Below are positions 10,349 to 20,503 of a DNA stretch of 64,000 nucleotides, one piece after another. Where the stretch lies: positions 1,216,001 through 1,280,000 of the forward strand of contig CAVZJV010000014.1 in the NCBI GenBank assembly GCA_963775685.1, in the 5' to 3' direction. The notes beneath the pieces are model-generated. The model searched no databases. It was not told the origin of the DNA and was given only the letters and a program-made list of their open reading frames with translations. This DNA is from Candidatus Bathyarchaeota archaeon. GTDB taxonomy: Archaea; Thermoproteota; Bathyarchaeia; Bathyarchaeales; Bathycorpusculaceae. A program made the position numbers and the translations under genes. Numbering within the stretch: the stretch's first letter is position 1; every line of letters begins with the position of its first letter.

Positions 10349-11125
10349 TTGGCTGACATATTCGGAGTCCAAATTCCACTTTCCACAGTATTCGAAATAA
10401 TAGTAATTGCCATAATCGCGGTTGCTCTTGAGAGATTAGTCAGTCGTTACCTAACAGGTTTTGCCAAACGCATCAAGCTTGAACCAAATGCAGGCAACAA
10501 CCTTGTCTTGACCTTCCGAATACTTATCCTAATATTTGCCATATTAACCGTAAGCAGCGTGGGCGGAGTGCAAGCGGCCTGGCTTTTGTCAATTTCAGCT
10601 ATAGGAGGCGCTGCTTTGGGTTTTGCATCTCAAAAGACAGTGGGCAACTTCTTGGCTGGACTCTTCCTTTTAGCCGCAAAACCCTTTAAAGTTGGCGACT
10701 ACGTGAAAATCGGAATCGTTGAAGGAATAGTGCAAGAAATCACCATAAACTATGCCAAAGTTTTAACAGCAGCCCACAACACCGTTTCAGTTAGCAACCT
10801 CCAAATCTTGGACCGGGACATAACTAACTTCCTCTTCGAAAGCACAAAAACATACAACCTTTACTGCTACACCTTCGAAATCGGCTTTGACCATGCTGTT
10901 TCAACGGATAAAATTGCTGAGATATTCAATAAAGTCTTTGAAAAGCATCAACGTACACTTCCAAAAACGCCTAGCTATGTTCTTACGCGATCTGGAGCGT
11001 TTGAAAGAGTTTACACAATTTACCTTTATGTAGAACACCCTGAAGAAATTTTTACCCTTAGACCCCGAATTGCTCAAGACGTGTTTCAAGGCTGGGATGA
11101 GGAAAGAGGAAAAATAAAACTTTAA
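10349..11125 (+). CDS. mscS: Small-conductance mechanosensitive channel
   Basis: GAALGFASQ..VGN..AG, KPFKVGD, G.V.EI. Confidence 0.85.
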   Translation: MADIFGVQIPLSTVFEIIVIAIIAVALERLVSRYLTGFAKRIKLEPNAGNNLVLTFRILILIFAILTVSSVGGVQAAWLLSISAIGGAALGFASQKTVGNFLAGLFLLAAKPFKVGDYVKIGIVEGIVQEITINYAKVLTAAHNTVSVSNLQILDRDITNFLFESTKTYNLYCYTFEIGFDHAVSTDKIAEIFNKVFEKHQRTLPKTPSYVLTRSGAFERVYTIYLYVEHPEEIFTLRPRIAQDVFQGWDEERGKIKL

Positions 11126-11165
11126 TTTTATGCAACTTGTAAAATCACTAAAAAGGAAGATAAGT

Positions 11166-11507
11166 ATGAAGACTCAAAACAGTGAAAAAATCTTACTTGA
11201 GGCAAAAGCAACTCAGTTAATTGGGTTAATCAACTATCAAGAAGGCTCAGTTGTAAGCCGCACAATAATCGACAAGAAAACAGGAACCGTAACGTTGTTT
11301 GCTTTTGATGAGAATCAAGGTTTAAGCGAGCACAAGGCACCCTACGACGCAATGGTTTACGTTCTTGAAGGCGAAGTTGTAGTCACCATATCGGGCAAAC
11401 CCATTAGCTTAAAGGATGGTGAAATGACCATCATGCCGGCAAATCAGCCCCATGCCTTAACGGCGAATACAAGGTTTAAAATGCTCTTAACCATGATAAA
11501 ATCTTAA
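11166..11507 (+). CDS. Cupin domain protein
   Basis: LFAFD..QGLSEH.AP.DA.V.VLEGE, MPANQPHAL; start trimmed to MKTQ. Confidence 0.85.
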   Translation: MKTQNSEKILLEAKATQLIGLINYQEGSVVSRTIIDKKTGTVTLFAFDENQGLSEHKAPYDAMVYVLEGEVVVTISGKPISLKDGEMTIMPANQPHALTANTRFKMLLTMIKS

Positions 11508-12118
11508 GGTTTGCCGCCCCACGTATCCAAAAAACAAAATTCAACAAGCGACTTTTTTGGGGGCACACAAGGAGTCTCAGCAGGGTAACCCATTATGACA
11601 AACGCTTCGGGCTCCACTGAATCAGGAATTTTGAGCACTTTTCGCACTGTTTCTTTGCAGAATCCAGGAGCACAAAACCAGCAGGCTCCCAAACCTTTCA
11701 TATGGGTCGTCAAAAGCAGGTTCTGCATGGCTGCGCCCAAACTTTGCATTGCCAAGTCCCTCTCGCAGGTCTGTCTTTTGTCATCAGGAAATTTTCTGAG
11801 TCCCTCTAGGGTTGAGCAAGCAAGAATTAGCACCGGCGCATCCGCAAACCACTCGACCCTTTCCTTACGCATTTTCGCCTCAACAGTTAAGCCGTCCCTC
11901 TCCAAGTCGACTACCCAGGCATCAGCCATATCAATCGCCAGCCTTCGCTTAACAGAAGCATCGGCTAAAACGATAAACCACCAGGGCTGAGAGTTGTGAG
12001 CTGAAGGAGCCCAGCCAGCAGCAATCAAAACTTCCTCAACCATTTCTCTGGGAACGGGCTTGGACAAATACTTTCTAATGCTGCGTCGCTGCCTAATCGC
12101 ATCGAACAGGTCTGTCAT
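11504..12118 (-). CDS. Nitroreductase family protein (FbiB C-terminal-like)
   Basis: RRSIRKY, APSAHNSQPW, QNLLL...GLGACW. Confidence 0.85.
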   Translation of the reverse strand: MTDLFDAIRQRRSIRKYLSKPVPREMVEEVLIAAGWAPSAHNSQPWWFIVLADASVKRRLAIDMADAWVVDLERDGLTVEAKMRKERVEWFADAPVLILACSTLEGLRKFPDDKRQTCERDLAMQSLGAAMQNLLLTTHMKGLGACWFCAPGFCKETVRKVLKIPDSVEPEAFVIMGYPAETPCVPPKKSLVEFCFLDTWGGKP

Positions 12119-12149
12119 GGATACAGTTTATGCGGGCTTTCTTTTTATC

Positions 12150-13190
12150 TTATGCTGTGTTAGGCTCCAAAATTATCTTTAGCGATTGCCCAGCTTCAGC
12201 CATCAATCGGAAGCCTTCCTGTGCATCACGCAAACTAATCCTATTCGTAATCATATCTTTAACATTAATGCTCCCTGTAGCCAGATATCGCAACGAATCT
12301 TCAAGGTCACCTGGAGCAGCGCCATAGCTAGTGCGCATGACAATTTCGTTGCGCCAAAACTGGTTAATGGGAACAGGTAACTTCACGGTTGGCTCAGGCA
12401 CGGCAAAGAACAGTATGATTCCGCCATTATCCACGCAATCCAACGCTGCCATGGCAGCTGAGGTTGCACCCGTGCAGACGATAACTTGGTCGGCTAAGTG
12501 TCCATTGTTGACTTCCTTGAGTTTTTGGGGAAGGCTTTCTTTTGCGTTTAGGGTGTGGTTCGCGCCGAATTTTTTTGCAAGCTCCAACCTATAGGGGTTA
12601 ATGTCGGCTACGGCTATGTTTTGTATGCCTTTGAACTGAGCGAGTTGTGTATGCAATATGCCAGAGATGCCGCTGCCGATGATGAGCAATGAGTCTTCTT
12701 TTTGCAGGTTTGCCAGCCTTTGAGCCCTAGACACGCAGGCTAAGGGCTCGATGAAGGTACCTTCTTCAAAGCTCATGGCGTTTGGGAGTTTGTAGATGCC
12801 GTATTGGACGTTGATTTTGGGAACTTGGATGTATTGTGCGAAACCGCCGGGGTAATAATTGGTTGTGTGAAGGGTATGGCATGCTGTTTGGCTGCCGCGT
12901 TTGCAGTAGCGGCACTGGTAACAGGGAACATGGTGGGATACAAAGACCCGATCGCCCTCGTTAACTCCAATAACTTTTCTGCCAACCTTGCTAATGATGC
13001 CTGTTGCTTCATGCCCTAGCACGAGTGGTGCCTTTGGAACACGATACCATTCGATCACGTCGCTGCCGCATATACCGCTAGCCATCACTTTGAGCAGCAC
13101 TTCGTCGTCACCTATTTTTGGGATTGGAATTTCTTCGATGCGGACGTCATGGTTATTGTAATAGAAGGCTGCAAGCAAACGGTTCACCAA
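12150..13190 (-). CDS. Zn-dependent sugar-alcohol dehydrogenase (MDR family)
   Basis: GICGSD, LGHE, CxxCxxC...C structural zinc, GSGISG. Confidence 0.88.
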   Translation of the reverse strand: MVNRLLAAFYYNNHDVRIEEIPIPKIGDDEVLLKVMASGICGSDVIEWYRVPKAPLVLGHEATGIISKVGRKVIGVNEGDRVFVSHHVPCYQCRYCKRGSQTACHTLHTTNYYPGGFAQYIQVPKINVQYGIYKLPNAMSFEEGTFIEPLACVSRAQRLANLQKEDSLLIIGSGISGILHTQLAQFKGIQNIAVADINPYRLELAKKFGANHTLNAKESLPQKLKEVNNGHLADQVIVCTGATSAAMAALDCVDNGGIILFFAVPEPTVKLPVPINQFWRNEIVMRTSYGAAPGDLEDSLRYLATGSINVKDMITNRISLRDAQEGFRLMAEAGQSLKIILEPNTA

Positions 13191-13199
13191 AAATGAGGG

Positions 13200-13997
13200 T
13201 TAGGTTTTGCCTAATACAATTTGGTTGTAGATATCGTCGGCTTCTTGGGGAGTGTAGCCTTCGTGGATTATGGCGCGAATAGCTTTGATGGAAGCTACGG
13301 GGTGCGCCGTTTGCCAGATGTTTCGTCCCAAGTTAACGCCTATGGCGCCCTTCTGCAAGCCTTCATAGACAAAATCGAAAACTTCCCGCTGGGTTTCTGT
13401 TTTGGGACCACCCGCAATCACTATAGGAACCGGGCAGCCGTCCACAACTTTTTCAAAATGCTCTTTGCAATAGTAAGTCTTAACGACACGAGCGCCAATT
13501 TCAGCGGTTATGCGGGCTGCTAAGGCTAAGTATCGGGCTTCTCGCTTTTCAAGTTCCTTGCCGACTGCACACACAGCCATGACAGGTATACCGTATTCTT
13601 CGCATTCGTCGACGAGTTTGGCCAAGTTTCCAAGACTTTTGTTCTCGTATTTGGTTCCAACAAAGACGGACATAGAGACAGCTGAAGCGTTTAGCCTGAC
13701 GATTTCCTCTATGGATGTAACTATACTTTCGTTGGCTAGATCTTCTCCAACCACAGAGACAGCGCCTGAAACCCGCATTATGATTGGTTTCTCGATAGAG
13801 GGATCGATACAGTTACGTAAAACGCCGCGTGTAAGCATAAGGCCATCGGCGTATTGAATAATTGGCTTTATAGTTACGCCAGGGTGCTCAAGACCATGTG
13901 TGGGTCCCTGGAAGTAACCATGGTCAATCGGCAAAAACAGGGCTTTGCCGTCTTTCTGGATAAGTCTACTTAGGCGATTTTTCATTCCCCAATCCAT
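13200..13997 (-). CDS. lsrF: LsrF-like thiolase / DhnA-type class I aldolase
   Basis: MDWGMKNRLS, DHGYFQGPT.GLE, VKTYYC, IAGGPK, GRNIWQ. Confidence 0.8.
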   Translation of the reverse strand: MDWGMKNRLSRLIQKDGKALFLPIDHGYFQGPTHGLEHPGVTIKPIIQYADGLMLTRGVLRNCIDPSIEKPIIMRVSGAVSVVGEDLANESIVTSIEEIVRLNASAVSMSVFVGTKYENKSLGNLAKLVDECEEYGIPVMAVCAVGKELEKREARYLALAARITAEIGARVVKTYYCKEHFEKVVDGCPVPIVIAGGPKTETQREVFDFVYEGLQKGAIGVNLGRNIWQTAHPVASIKAIRAIIHEGYTPQEADDIYNQIVLGKT

Positions 13998-14000
13998 ACA

Positions 14001-14225
14001 TTATTTCTCCGAGGAAGCTTTTGGCTTTAGAATTAAATAACCTTTTTCTATGATCCAATGGTGAAACTGCCATGTTGTGTATAGGCAGGCGACGCCACAT
14101 TTTTGGCGGGTCTGCTCGTACCCTGGCGAATCTTCTGATTGCCGGTTTAACTCTAACTGAACTGGACATTTGACGTCTTTGCAGAACTCTCTGCGCTTGT
14201 ACTCAAAGTAGCCTTCAGGAACCAT
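14001..14225 (-). CDS. Small Cys-containing hypothetical protein, first gene of the lsrF cluster
   Basis: 74-aa ORF 3 nt upstream of lsrF; CxxxxC...CxxxC...FHHW. Confidence 0.65.
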   Translation of the reverse strand: MVPEGYFEYKRREFCKDVKCPVQLELNRQSEDSPGYEQTRQKCGVACLYTTWQFHHWIIEKGYLILKPKASSEK

Positions 14226-14436
14226 TATCTCATCCGTGCTAAACTCTTTCCTTTTGAGCTATTAAGTCTTCGCAGATAACTAACGACAACATTGAAGAGA
14301 AGTTGGTGCTGCAACGGATCCTGCAGTAGAGGTGCAACAATCAACTCTTTAAGTGGGTATTTAGCTTGCAAAATCCTCTTTGTTAAACACCCAACTTTAG
14401 GTTAACTTTTTTAAACCATAATTCCTCAAACCTCGT

Positions 14437-15068
14437 ATGCCCAGGTACTATCTATTAGGCGGAGAAAACACCCATAAAAGAGATGCTCAAGAAGTAAACC
14501 AAAGAGCCTTCAACGATGCAGGCGGGCGACCGAGAGTTCTGGTGTTTTCTTGGACAAGAGCGTCCTTCGATAAAACCTACCCTAAAAGAAAACTCTTGTT
14601 CGATTACTTTAGAAGCTTAGGCTCAACCACAGTAAATACCATGGATTATTCTAGCTCATGTTCAGAAATTAAAGAAAGAATCTGCGAATCAGACCTTGTC
14701 TATTTAACGGGTGGTGTTCCCAGCGTTTTGGTGGAGCGCCTGAAAAAGCTAGGATCGGCATTTTACTTGAGGAGTTTGAGGGGGTTATTGTTGGCCGAAG
14801 TGCTGGTGCATTGGCGCTTTGCCGAAAAATTGTGATAACTTACCGAGACAGCTGTGCAGTTAAAGTCATCGACGGGATAGGCCTTGTAAATTTAACGCTT
14901 AAAGCCCATTATAAATTAGGGGTGGATGAAAAATTAGAAGAGTTATCGGAAAACCAGGATATTTTTGCAGTCCCAAAAGGCGCAGCTATCGTTTGCGAGA
15001 ACGGAAATATGTCTTTCATAAACAAAGTTTACTTATTCCATAAAGGCAAGAGACAAATTCTGCGCTAA
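14437..15068 (+). pseudogene. Peptidase E / S51 family, frameshifted
   Basis: VYLTGG in first frame; GRSAGA nucleophile motif in the second frame; shift near 14752. Confidence 0.75.
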
Positions 15069-15120
15069 AAAATGAGATGCCAAAGTTAGTCTGTGATTTA
15101 TTGTTGAACTTATTTTTTCT

Positions 15121-15372
15121 TCAATGAAGCAGCGAGGACAACAACAGCAAGGACTGAGTCACCAAAAGAACAGCGCCGAAAACGATTAGTGGAATCTTGA
15201 AGGCAGGCTCAGAATGCAAAACGGTGGTAGACGGAGTCATAAACATGCCACCCAGATAAGCTGCTAAAAAAATTCCTACAAAAACTGCACCTACACCTTG
15301 AAGAGCAAACAGCAAGGTACGTATTGGTTTATTATTTTGCTCCAAAGCAAGCCCTCCATAAACAATTATCAA
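15121..15372 (-). CDS. Small membrane protein
   Basis: Two hydrophobic segments; TATA-like TTTATATA upstream; start uncertain. Confidence 0.5.
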   Translation of the reverse strand: MIIVYGGLALEQNNKPIRTLLFALQGVGAVFVGIFLAAYLGGMFMTPSTTVLHSEPAFKIPLIVFGAVLLVTQSLLLLSSLLH

Positions 15373-15469
15373 TTATTTATCAAACATTTAATTATATAAA
15401 ACTTTAATTTTGGGCCCTGCAAACCGAAAGTATAATATATTCAGCCAAATGATTGCTTTTCACCGACGG

Positions 15470-16425
15470 GTTGATTCTATACGGAACAGCATCAAATAGT
15501 TACCCCGCTAAAAGTGGGCATACTGATTGTAGCTCTCTCATATTTCCTATTAACTTTGCATGCATTGTTTACACTTGAATGGGTAGGCGAATGGAACCGG
15601 ATAGCGGGAGGATCATATTCATTTGCGATTTTTCTTGAAGACGTAACGGCCTTTGTTGGCATTGTTTTCGGTTCTTGGCAGGGATAATTGCTTTCGGTGC
15701 GCGACTTATTACTTTTCAGAAAGGATCTACGTCCACTCCAAGACATATCAAATCCTGAGAATTATCGTGTTCTTTGAGGCATTTTACTGGATAACTCTTT
15801 GCCGACGGCTTATTTCGAAGTTATAGGGTTGACAACAATGCCGATTACAGGTTTGTTCGATTACTTTGTGACTACAATACCTGCCGTGGTGGAATCCATA
15901 GTTCCCACTGTTACCTTGCTTATATTAGCTGGAAAGCTCAATCAAACAAGCCTGCCAAAAACGCGATAAAGTGGGCGTTAATTTCAGGCACAATCTATGT
16001 CGAGTGTTCTGGTTCTTAACACGGGCTCATGGATGTTGGTAATCATAGGAAAAAGGCACACATTATCTAACCAACTATCCACAGCACATACTGTAGTTTC
16101 GATCATAACAGTGTTTGGGTTACTTCACTTAACAATTTATACAGGATATTTTCCATGGAAGTCCCGAGAGTTCAAAGCCTGTCAAGAGTTAAACTTAAGA
16201 GCTTCAGGAGCGATCTCGACCGCACTTGGATTATATTTCCTATGGAACTACATTTCGTGGATATTCTTCGGAGGCGACTATAATGGAGCAGTTGGTATGC
16301 TTGGTTCTTGGCCACAACCTGGATTTTGGCTGCTTTCACTTCCACTAGTTGGGTTACCATTGCTCTTCTACCGAAAACCCACAAACCTACCACTGAAACA
16401 GAAAACAAAACTGAATAACACTTAA
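15470..16425 (+). pseudogene. Multi-pass membrane protein broken into several frames
   Basis: Hydrophobic fragments (PLKVGILIVALSYFLLTLHALFTLEWVGEW... ; 15997-16425 piece) separated by stops and shifts; 5' boundary approximate. Confidence 0.55.
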
Positions 16426-16429
16426 GTCT

Positions 16430-16588
16430 CTATTCGCCTCTTGTGTCGTTTCTGTTGCATTCCGCTTTTGGTCTGTACTCAACTTTTTTATGCCGCTCCT
16501 TATGATGCTTCTCACATTCTTTAATGCGTACAAGCATCCATTCGTTTTCTTCGTAAACGCATCCGCAAAGCAGAGTCTTAGTCGTCAA
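16430..16588 (-). CDS. Small putative metal-binding protein (52 aa), not in ORF track
   Basis: TTG start; MTTKTLLCGCVYEENEWMLVRIKECEKHH... (CGC...CxxH). Confidence 0.45.
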   Translation of the reverse strand: MTTKTLLCGCVYEENEWMLVRIKECEKHHKERHKKVEYRPKAECNRNDTRGE

Positions 16589-16750
16589 ATCATGCACACT
16601 TCAGGCTTTGTAAATAGTAATGTATCTTTATCTCATAACATTTCCGATGTAAACCGATAATTATGTTCTTGACTAATTGGGACGCTGTTAATTAAAAGGT
16701 AACATTTTAGAAGGCGAAACGTTACTTGTTTGCTTGTGTAGTGTTGAAAT

Positions 16751-16876
16751 ATGAGCGTTATGAGTAGAAAAAATAAAAACACACAACTTGAACGAAAAAA
16801 GAAAGAACAAAGAGAAAAAGAAGCAAAAAAGAAAGCATTGCTAAGTCAACTTCCACCTAAAGGAAAAAAGAAATAA
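16751..16876 (+). CDS. Small highly basic protein (41 aa), not in ORF track
   Basis: MSVMSRKNKNTQLERKKKEQREKEAKKKALLSQLPPKGKKK; followed by palindrome GCTACAAAAATTTTGTAGC (16901-16919). Confidence 0.45.
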   Translation: MSVMSRKNKNTQLERKKKEQREKEAKKKALLSQLPPKGKKK

Positions 16877-17389
16877 CGGTTTGAATTAAAAGCAGGAAGT
16901 GCTACAAAAATTTTGTAGCTGTCTTGCTTACTTAATTGCTCTTCTTATTTGTTTTTTCAATTTCCCTTAAATGTGAATTTTCCAATTTGAAGACAACCGC
17001 CAAGTCCGCTCATGCAATACACCTAACGTTTGGAACTTAACAAATCTTGATTAGTTGATTTTAGGCACGTAATCCACATCAATTCTTTGCTGGTTTGGAC
17101 AAGTTTTTCGCCTGAACCCTCAAATCATACATTTCCACTTTTATAGCGTAGGAACTATCGACATTCCTCGCATTTCCAAAACGGGCGTTAAATCAAACTC
17201 GTCAAACCAACAAAGGAATTGAGGTATCCTGATAGATATAGAACTGATCTGTTGGTTGCCAAACCATAAATCCGATTGCACCTTGGAAAACGCGGTTTTC
17301 GAGTGAACCCACCTAAAATCGAGTTAAATCAACCGCTTTTCAAGTTGCTGTTTCATAAGGTTTCCCAGTTAACATTCATATTAACACTG

Positions 17390-17950
17390 CTAAAATCCCT
17401 TTACGTCGTGGAGGCTTTGGTGTTTTTTTAAGATTTCTTCACGCCACTTATGTTCCCAGCTTGCCCATCCAGTCTTTACAAGACCCTCCCTCAACTGTGG
17501 TTTCTCAGCAACCCAATCCAGAAATTTCCAGAACCGCTTTTTATCCTTAAGAATTTCCTCAGGTACCCCTTTTTCAACGCACCATCTTGCATAGGCTTTT
17601 TCAACCAGCGGTTTGAGTTCACCTATTGATTCGACTTTTTGAACTTTGAACCCTTGACTTTGCAGGTACAGGAAAACATTGGTGAGAACGTATTCTGAAC
17701 TAACCCTAAAGCAGGTTTCTTCATCTGGTTGCATAACTGTGATTATTTCGTTTGCGATTTTTACTGCGTCTTCTAAGTATTTTTTGTTTTGGAAATTTGG
17801 AGACTGAAAGGAAGTTGTAGAAATTCTTCGTTCCATAAGCATGGGATGGGGAGGCTTGAGCGCGCCGACTACTACGCCAAGGAGAAGATCGCTCCATCCT
17901 GAGGCATCTATAAGTATGGTTTTATCCGGTAGAAAACAATCCAGCGCCAA
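17390..17950 (-). CDS. Hypothetical protein, possible RNase H-like fold
   Basis: ILIDASGWSDLLLGVVVG N-terminal strand motif; intact 186-aa ORF. Confidence 0.55.
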   Translation of the reverse strand: MALDCFLPDKTILIDASGWSDLLLGVVVGALKPPHPMLMERRISTTSFQSPNFQNKKYLEDAVKIANEIITVMQPDEETCFRVSSEYVLTNVFLYLQSQGFKVQKVESIGELKPLVEKAYARWCVEKGVPEEILKDKKRFWKFLDWVAEKPQLREGLVKTGWASWEHKWREEILKKHQSLHDVKGF

Positions 17951-18038
17951 GCTTCATCACTCAAGGTTTAGGGATATATGCAAGTTGGTTTTTCTATCTT
18001 TTGCTTACGGGGAATGTAAGTTCTGTTGAAAATTTTTT

Positions 18039-18144
18039 AAGAAGTGGCAGAACCGCTTGACCCAAGGGTAGAAGGAGAAGGGGAAAATGCAAAACCCCTC
18101 AAGAGCGCGGGTTAAGTGGTTCTAAGCGGTCACTTCTTCTGCCA
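18039..18144. ncRNA. Candidate structured RNA (long hairpin with alternative pairing)
   Basis: 10-bp and 15-bp stems with only G-T deviations on the + strand; intergenic. Confidence 0.5.
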
Positions 18145-18449
18145 TATTGCAGTAAGGGTGTTTGTTCGGATAATCGTTTGTATGTCTTTTTAATGATGTA
18201 CATTGCACCAAAGAAAATGCAGACTAAAAAATTGTTTTTCGCCAACACACTTCAATGTCTTTTTAATGAATTAATCTTCGAACGCTATTTACTATCCTTA
18301 ACATTTACAGTTCCAGTATACATAAAAAATCGCCTCTTGAAGCTCAAGGATTTCTTGGAAGCAGAAGGAACCAAAATTTTGCTGGATTGTAATTGACTAA
18401 ACTCGCTGCAAAGTAGGAACGTTTTTCTGCCAGATTCGAAATAGAAAGC

Positions 18450-18875
18450 ATGTCTGCTACCAAAAAGAAGATGACTCTTGAGTGGAAAGGCAATTTTCGT
18501 TTTAAATCGAAAAACCCTAATGGACTCACTATTAACTTTGATGCCCTAAAAAATACGGGGAGATAAACAACGCTTTTACATAGGAAGCCATGTAGCGTGC
18601 CTTGCTGGGTGCACAAGTTTTGACGCTGTTAATATTTTAAAGAAGAAGCGTCAGAGCATTTCAGGTTACAGGGTTGAAGTCGAAGGAGAATGACGTGAGG
18701 AACCACCCGAAGTTTACACTAAACTTCTAATAAAAACGTTATCTATGGAAAAAATGTAGGTAAAGAAACGGTGGAGAGAGTAATTCAACTGTCTAACGAA
18801 AAATACTGTTCAGTTGGAGCTATGCTTAGAAAAACAGCCGAAATAACAACTTTGTAGGAAATAATACAAGAATAA
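18450..18875 (+). pseudogene. OsmC/YhfA-family pseudogene
   Basis: MTLEWKGNFRF..., ACLAGCTSFDAVNILKKKRQ, LSNEKYCSVGAML in different frames with internal stops. Confidence 0.75.
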
Positions 18876-19505
18876 GACGTATAAATGCAAATCGCAAATA
18901 TCTGCCAAGGAGCACCCTTGAAGTTAGTTTACAAAGCAAGCGTCAATCTTCACTCGCCTTAGAAGATTTTGAAAGTTAATGATTCAATGTTAAGCCTCGA
19001 AAACAAGGTAATTTGCCTATTCAGTTGTGACTGTGCTTTTGTTCTGATCGCTTCAGTCTCTCTTCAAGTCTTCTATTCCGCTCTTTCTTCTCAAGCCCCG
19101 ATAATGGAGCTATCGCAAGAGCAGTGAGACTTCGCTCAATCTTCTTGAATAAATTCACGAAACTTTTCGCCTCATATAAATCATACGATTTCATATTCAC
19201 AAATATGACACCGAAATATAAACATGTCTCGTATCGCAATATTTATTGCAGTGTTCAATAGCACGCAGTTAAGCCTACAAGTTTAGGATAGCTCAGAAAT
19301 ACCAAATAATCATAGCTCAAAGATAGCCGGATACGCATCATTCAGCGGGGGATTTGATACTACTCACGTTAAGCATTCCTCCAAGATCGATTGGGAGTAT
19401 AACTGCACGAAATTTTTGATATACGCCGGTTTGGACAAATAGTAACCTGTTAACGTTCTCATTTGCAGGTCAACATAAGTCTTTAAAGCATCCTCAATAC
19501 AAAAC

Positions 19506-20060
19506 ATGCAGGGTCTGCATTTGCCCATTACTCCTCTCCACTATCCAATAGCAAAAATAATCTACAAACTCAAAGGAAAAGCAAGTTTAAGTCTTCCTGC
19601 CTTAACCGTTGGCTCTATGGTGCCTGACCTTGAAGTTGTTTACTTGTGGAGCGGCACTTGGACACAAGATAGAATGATTCTCCACAGTTTTATTGGTGGC
19701 TTAACCCTTGGAACACTAATCACGGTTGCATTGACAGTTTTCGTTTATCCGTGGGTATTGCGCTCAATTTTGCCCATCCACAAAGACAGAGTTAAAAAGA
19801 AATGTGCCTTTTCGTTTATGCTGGTGTTTTCTGGTTTAGCTGGCGTGCTCTTTCATGTGATTTTAGATGTTACAAATCACACTCATAATCCTCTGTTTTG
19901 GCCTTTTATTTCATTATCCCAAACTCCAAGTCCGATTGTTCCTCTTCTATGGGGACAAGGCATGGCTTCATTGATAGTAAATGTAGCTTTGATTGTTACT
20001 TTCATTACTTTAGTCGTTAAGAATCGGAGTAACGTTTGGGAGCAACTGTTAGTGGGTTAG
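19506..20060 (+). CDS. DUF4184-like membrane protein (putative metal-dependent hydrolase)
   Basis: P.TPLH, L.VGSMVPDLE, HS, HVILD. Confidence 0.7.
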   Translation: MQGLHLPITPLHYPIAKIIYKLKGKASLSLPALTVGSMVPDLEVVYLWSGTWTQDRMILHSFIGGLTLGTLITVALTVFVYPWVLRSILPIHKDRVKKKCAFSFMLVFSGLAGVLFHVILDVTNHTHNPLFWPFISLSQTPSPIVPLLWGQGMASLIVNVALIVTFITLVVKNRSNVWEQLLVG

Positions 20061-20171
20061 TCGTCAAGAGACCAATTGACTCCTAAGATTTAGAAGAAGA
20101 AACATCAGGCTGCCTTGTTTTTTCAGCAAGTCCTTGGCCCTTTCATATAATAGATACAGGTTTTGCGTTAG

Positions 20172-20244
20172 TAGCCCGGGAGAGATTCGAACTCTCGTCA
20201 AGGGCTCCAGAGGCCCCTATGCTTGACCACTACACCACCGGGCT
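20172..20244 (-). tRNA. tRNA-Gln(CTG)
   Basis: AGCCCGG acceptor stem, GGGGC-CT-CTG-GA-GCCCT anticodon arm, GTTCGAATC T-loop; no intron. Confidence 0.95.
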
Positions 20245-20280
20245 GCAGGGTTCCAATAAACACCGTTCCAACATTTAACT

Positions 20281-20502
20281 TTAACTTTCCGCAGTTTTGT
20301 CACCGTTTTTCTGGTTTTTGGCTTCGCGGACGCAGTAGCATTCTTGGCTGACTCTGTTATAACTATCGCAGTGCCAGAGTGTATCCACAATTGGGTTTAG
20401 GTTCTGCCAATATCGAGTGGAACAGAAAACTTTTGTAGGATATTCAAAGCAGTTGTGGCTGTCGCAGTTGCCGCAGAAGTTTTCCCTACTGTTGGTTTCC
20501 AT
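20281..20502 (-). CDS. Small Cys-rich hypothetical protein
   Basis: METNSRENFCGNCDSHNC...CYC; directly after dhs. Confidence 0.6.
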   Translation of the reverse strand: METNSRENFCGNCDSHNCFEYPTKVFCSTRYWQNLNPIVDTLWHCDSYNRVSQECYCVREAKNQKNGDKTAES

Positions 20503-20503
20503 A

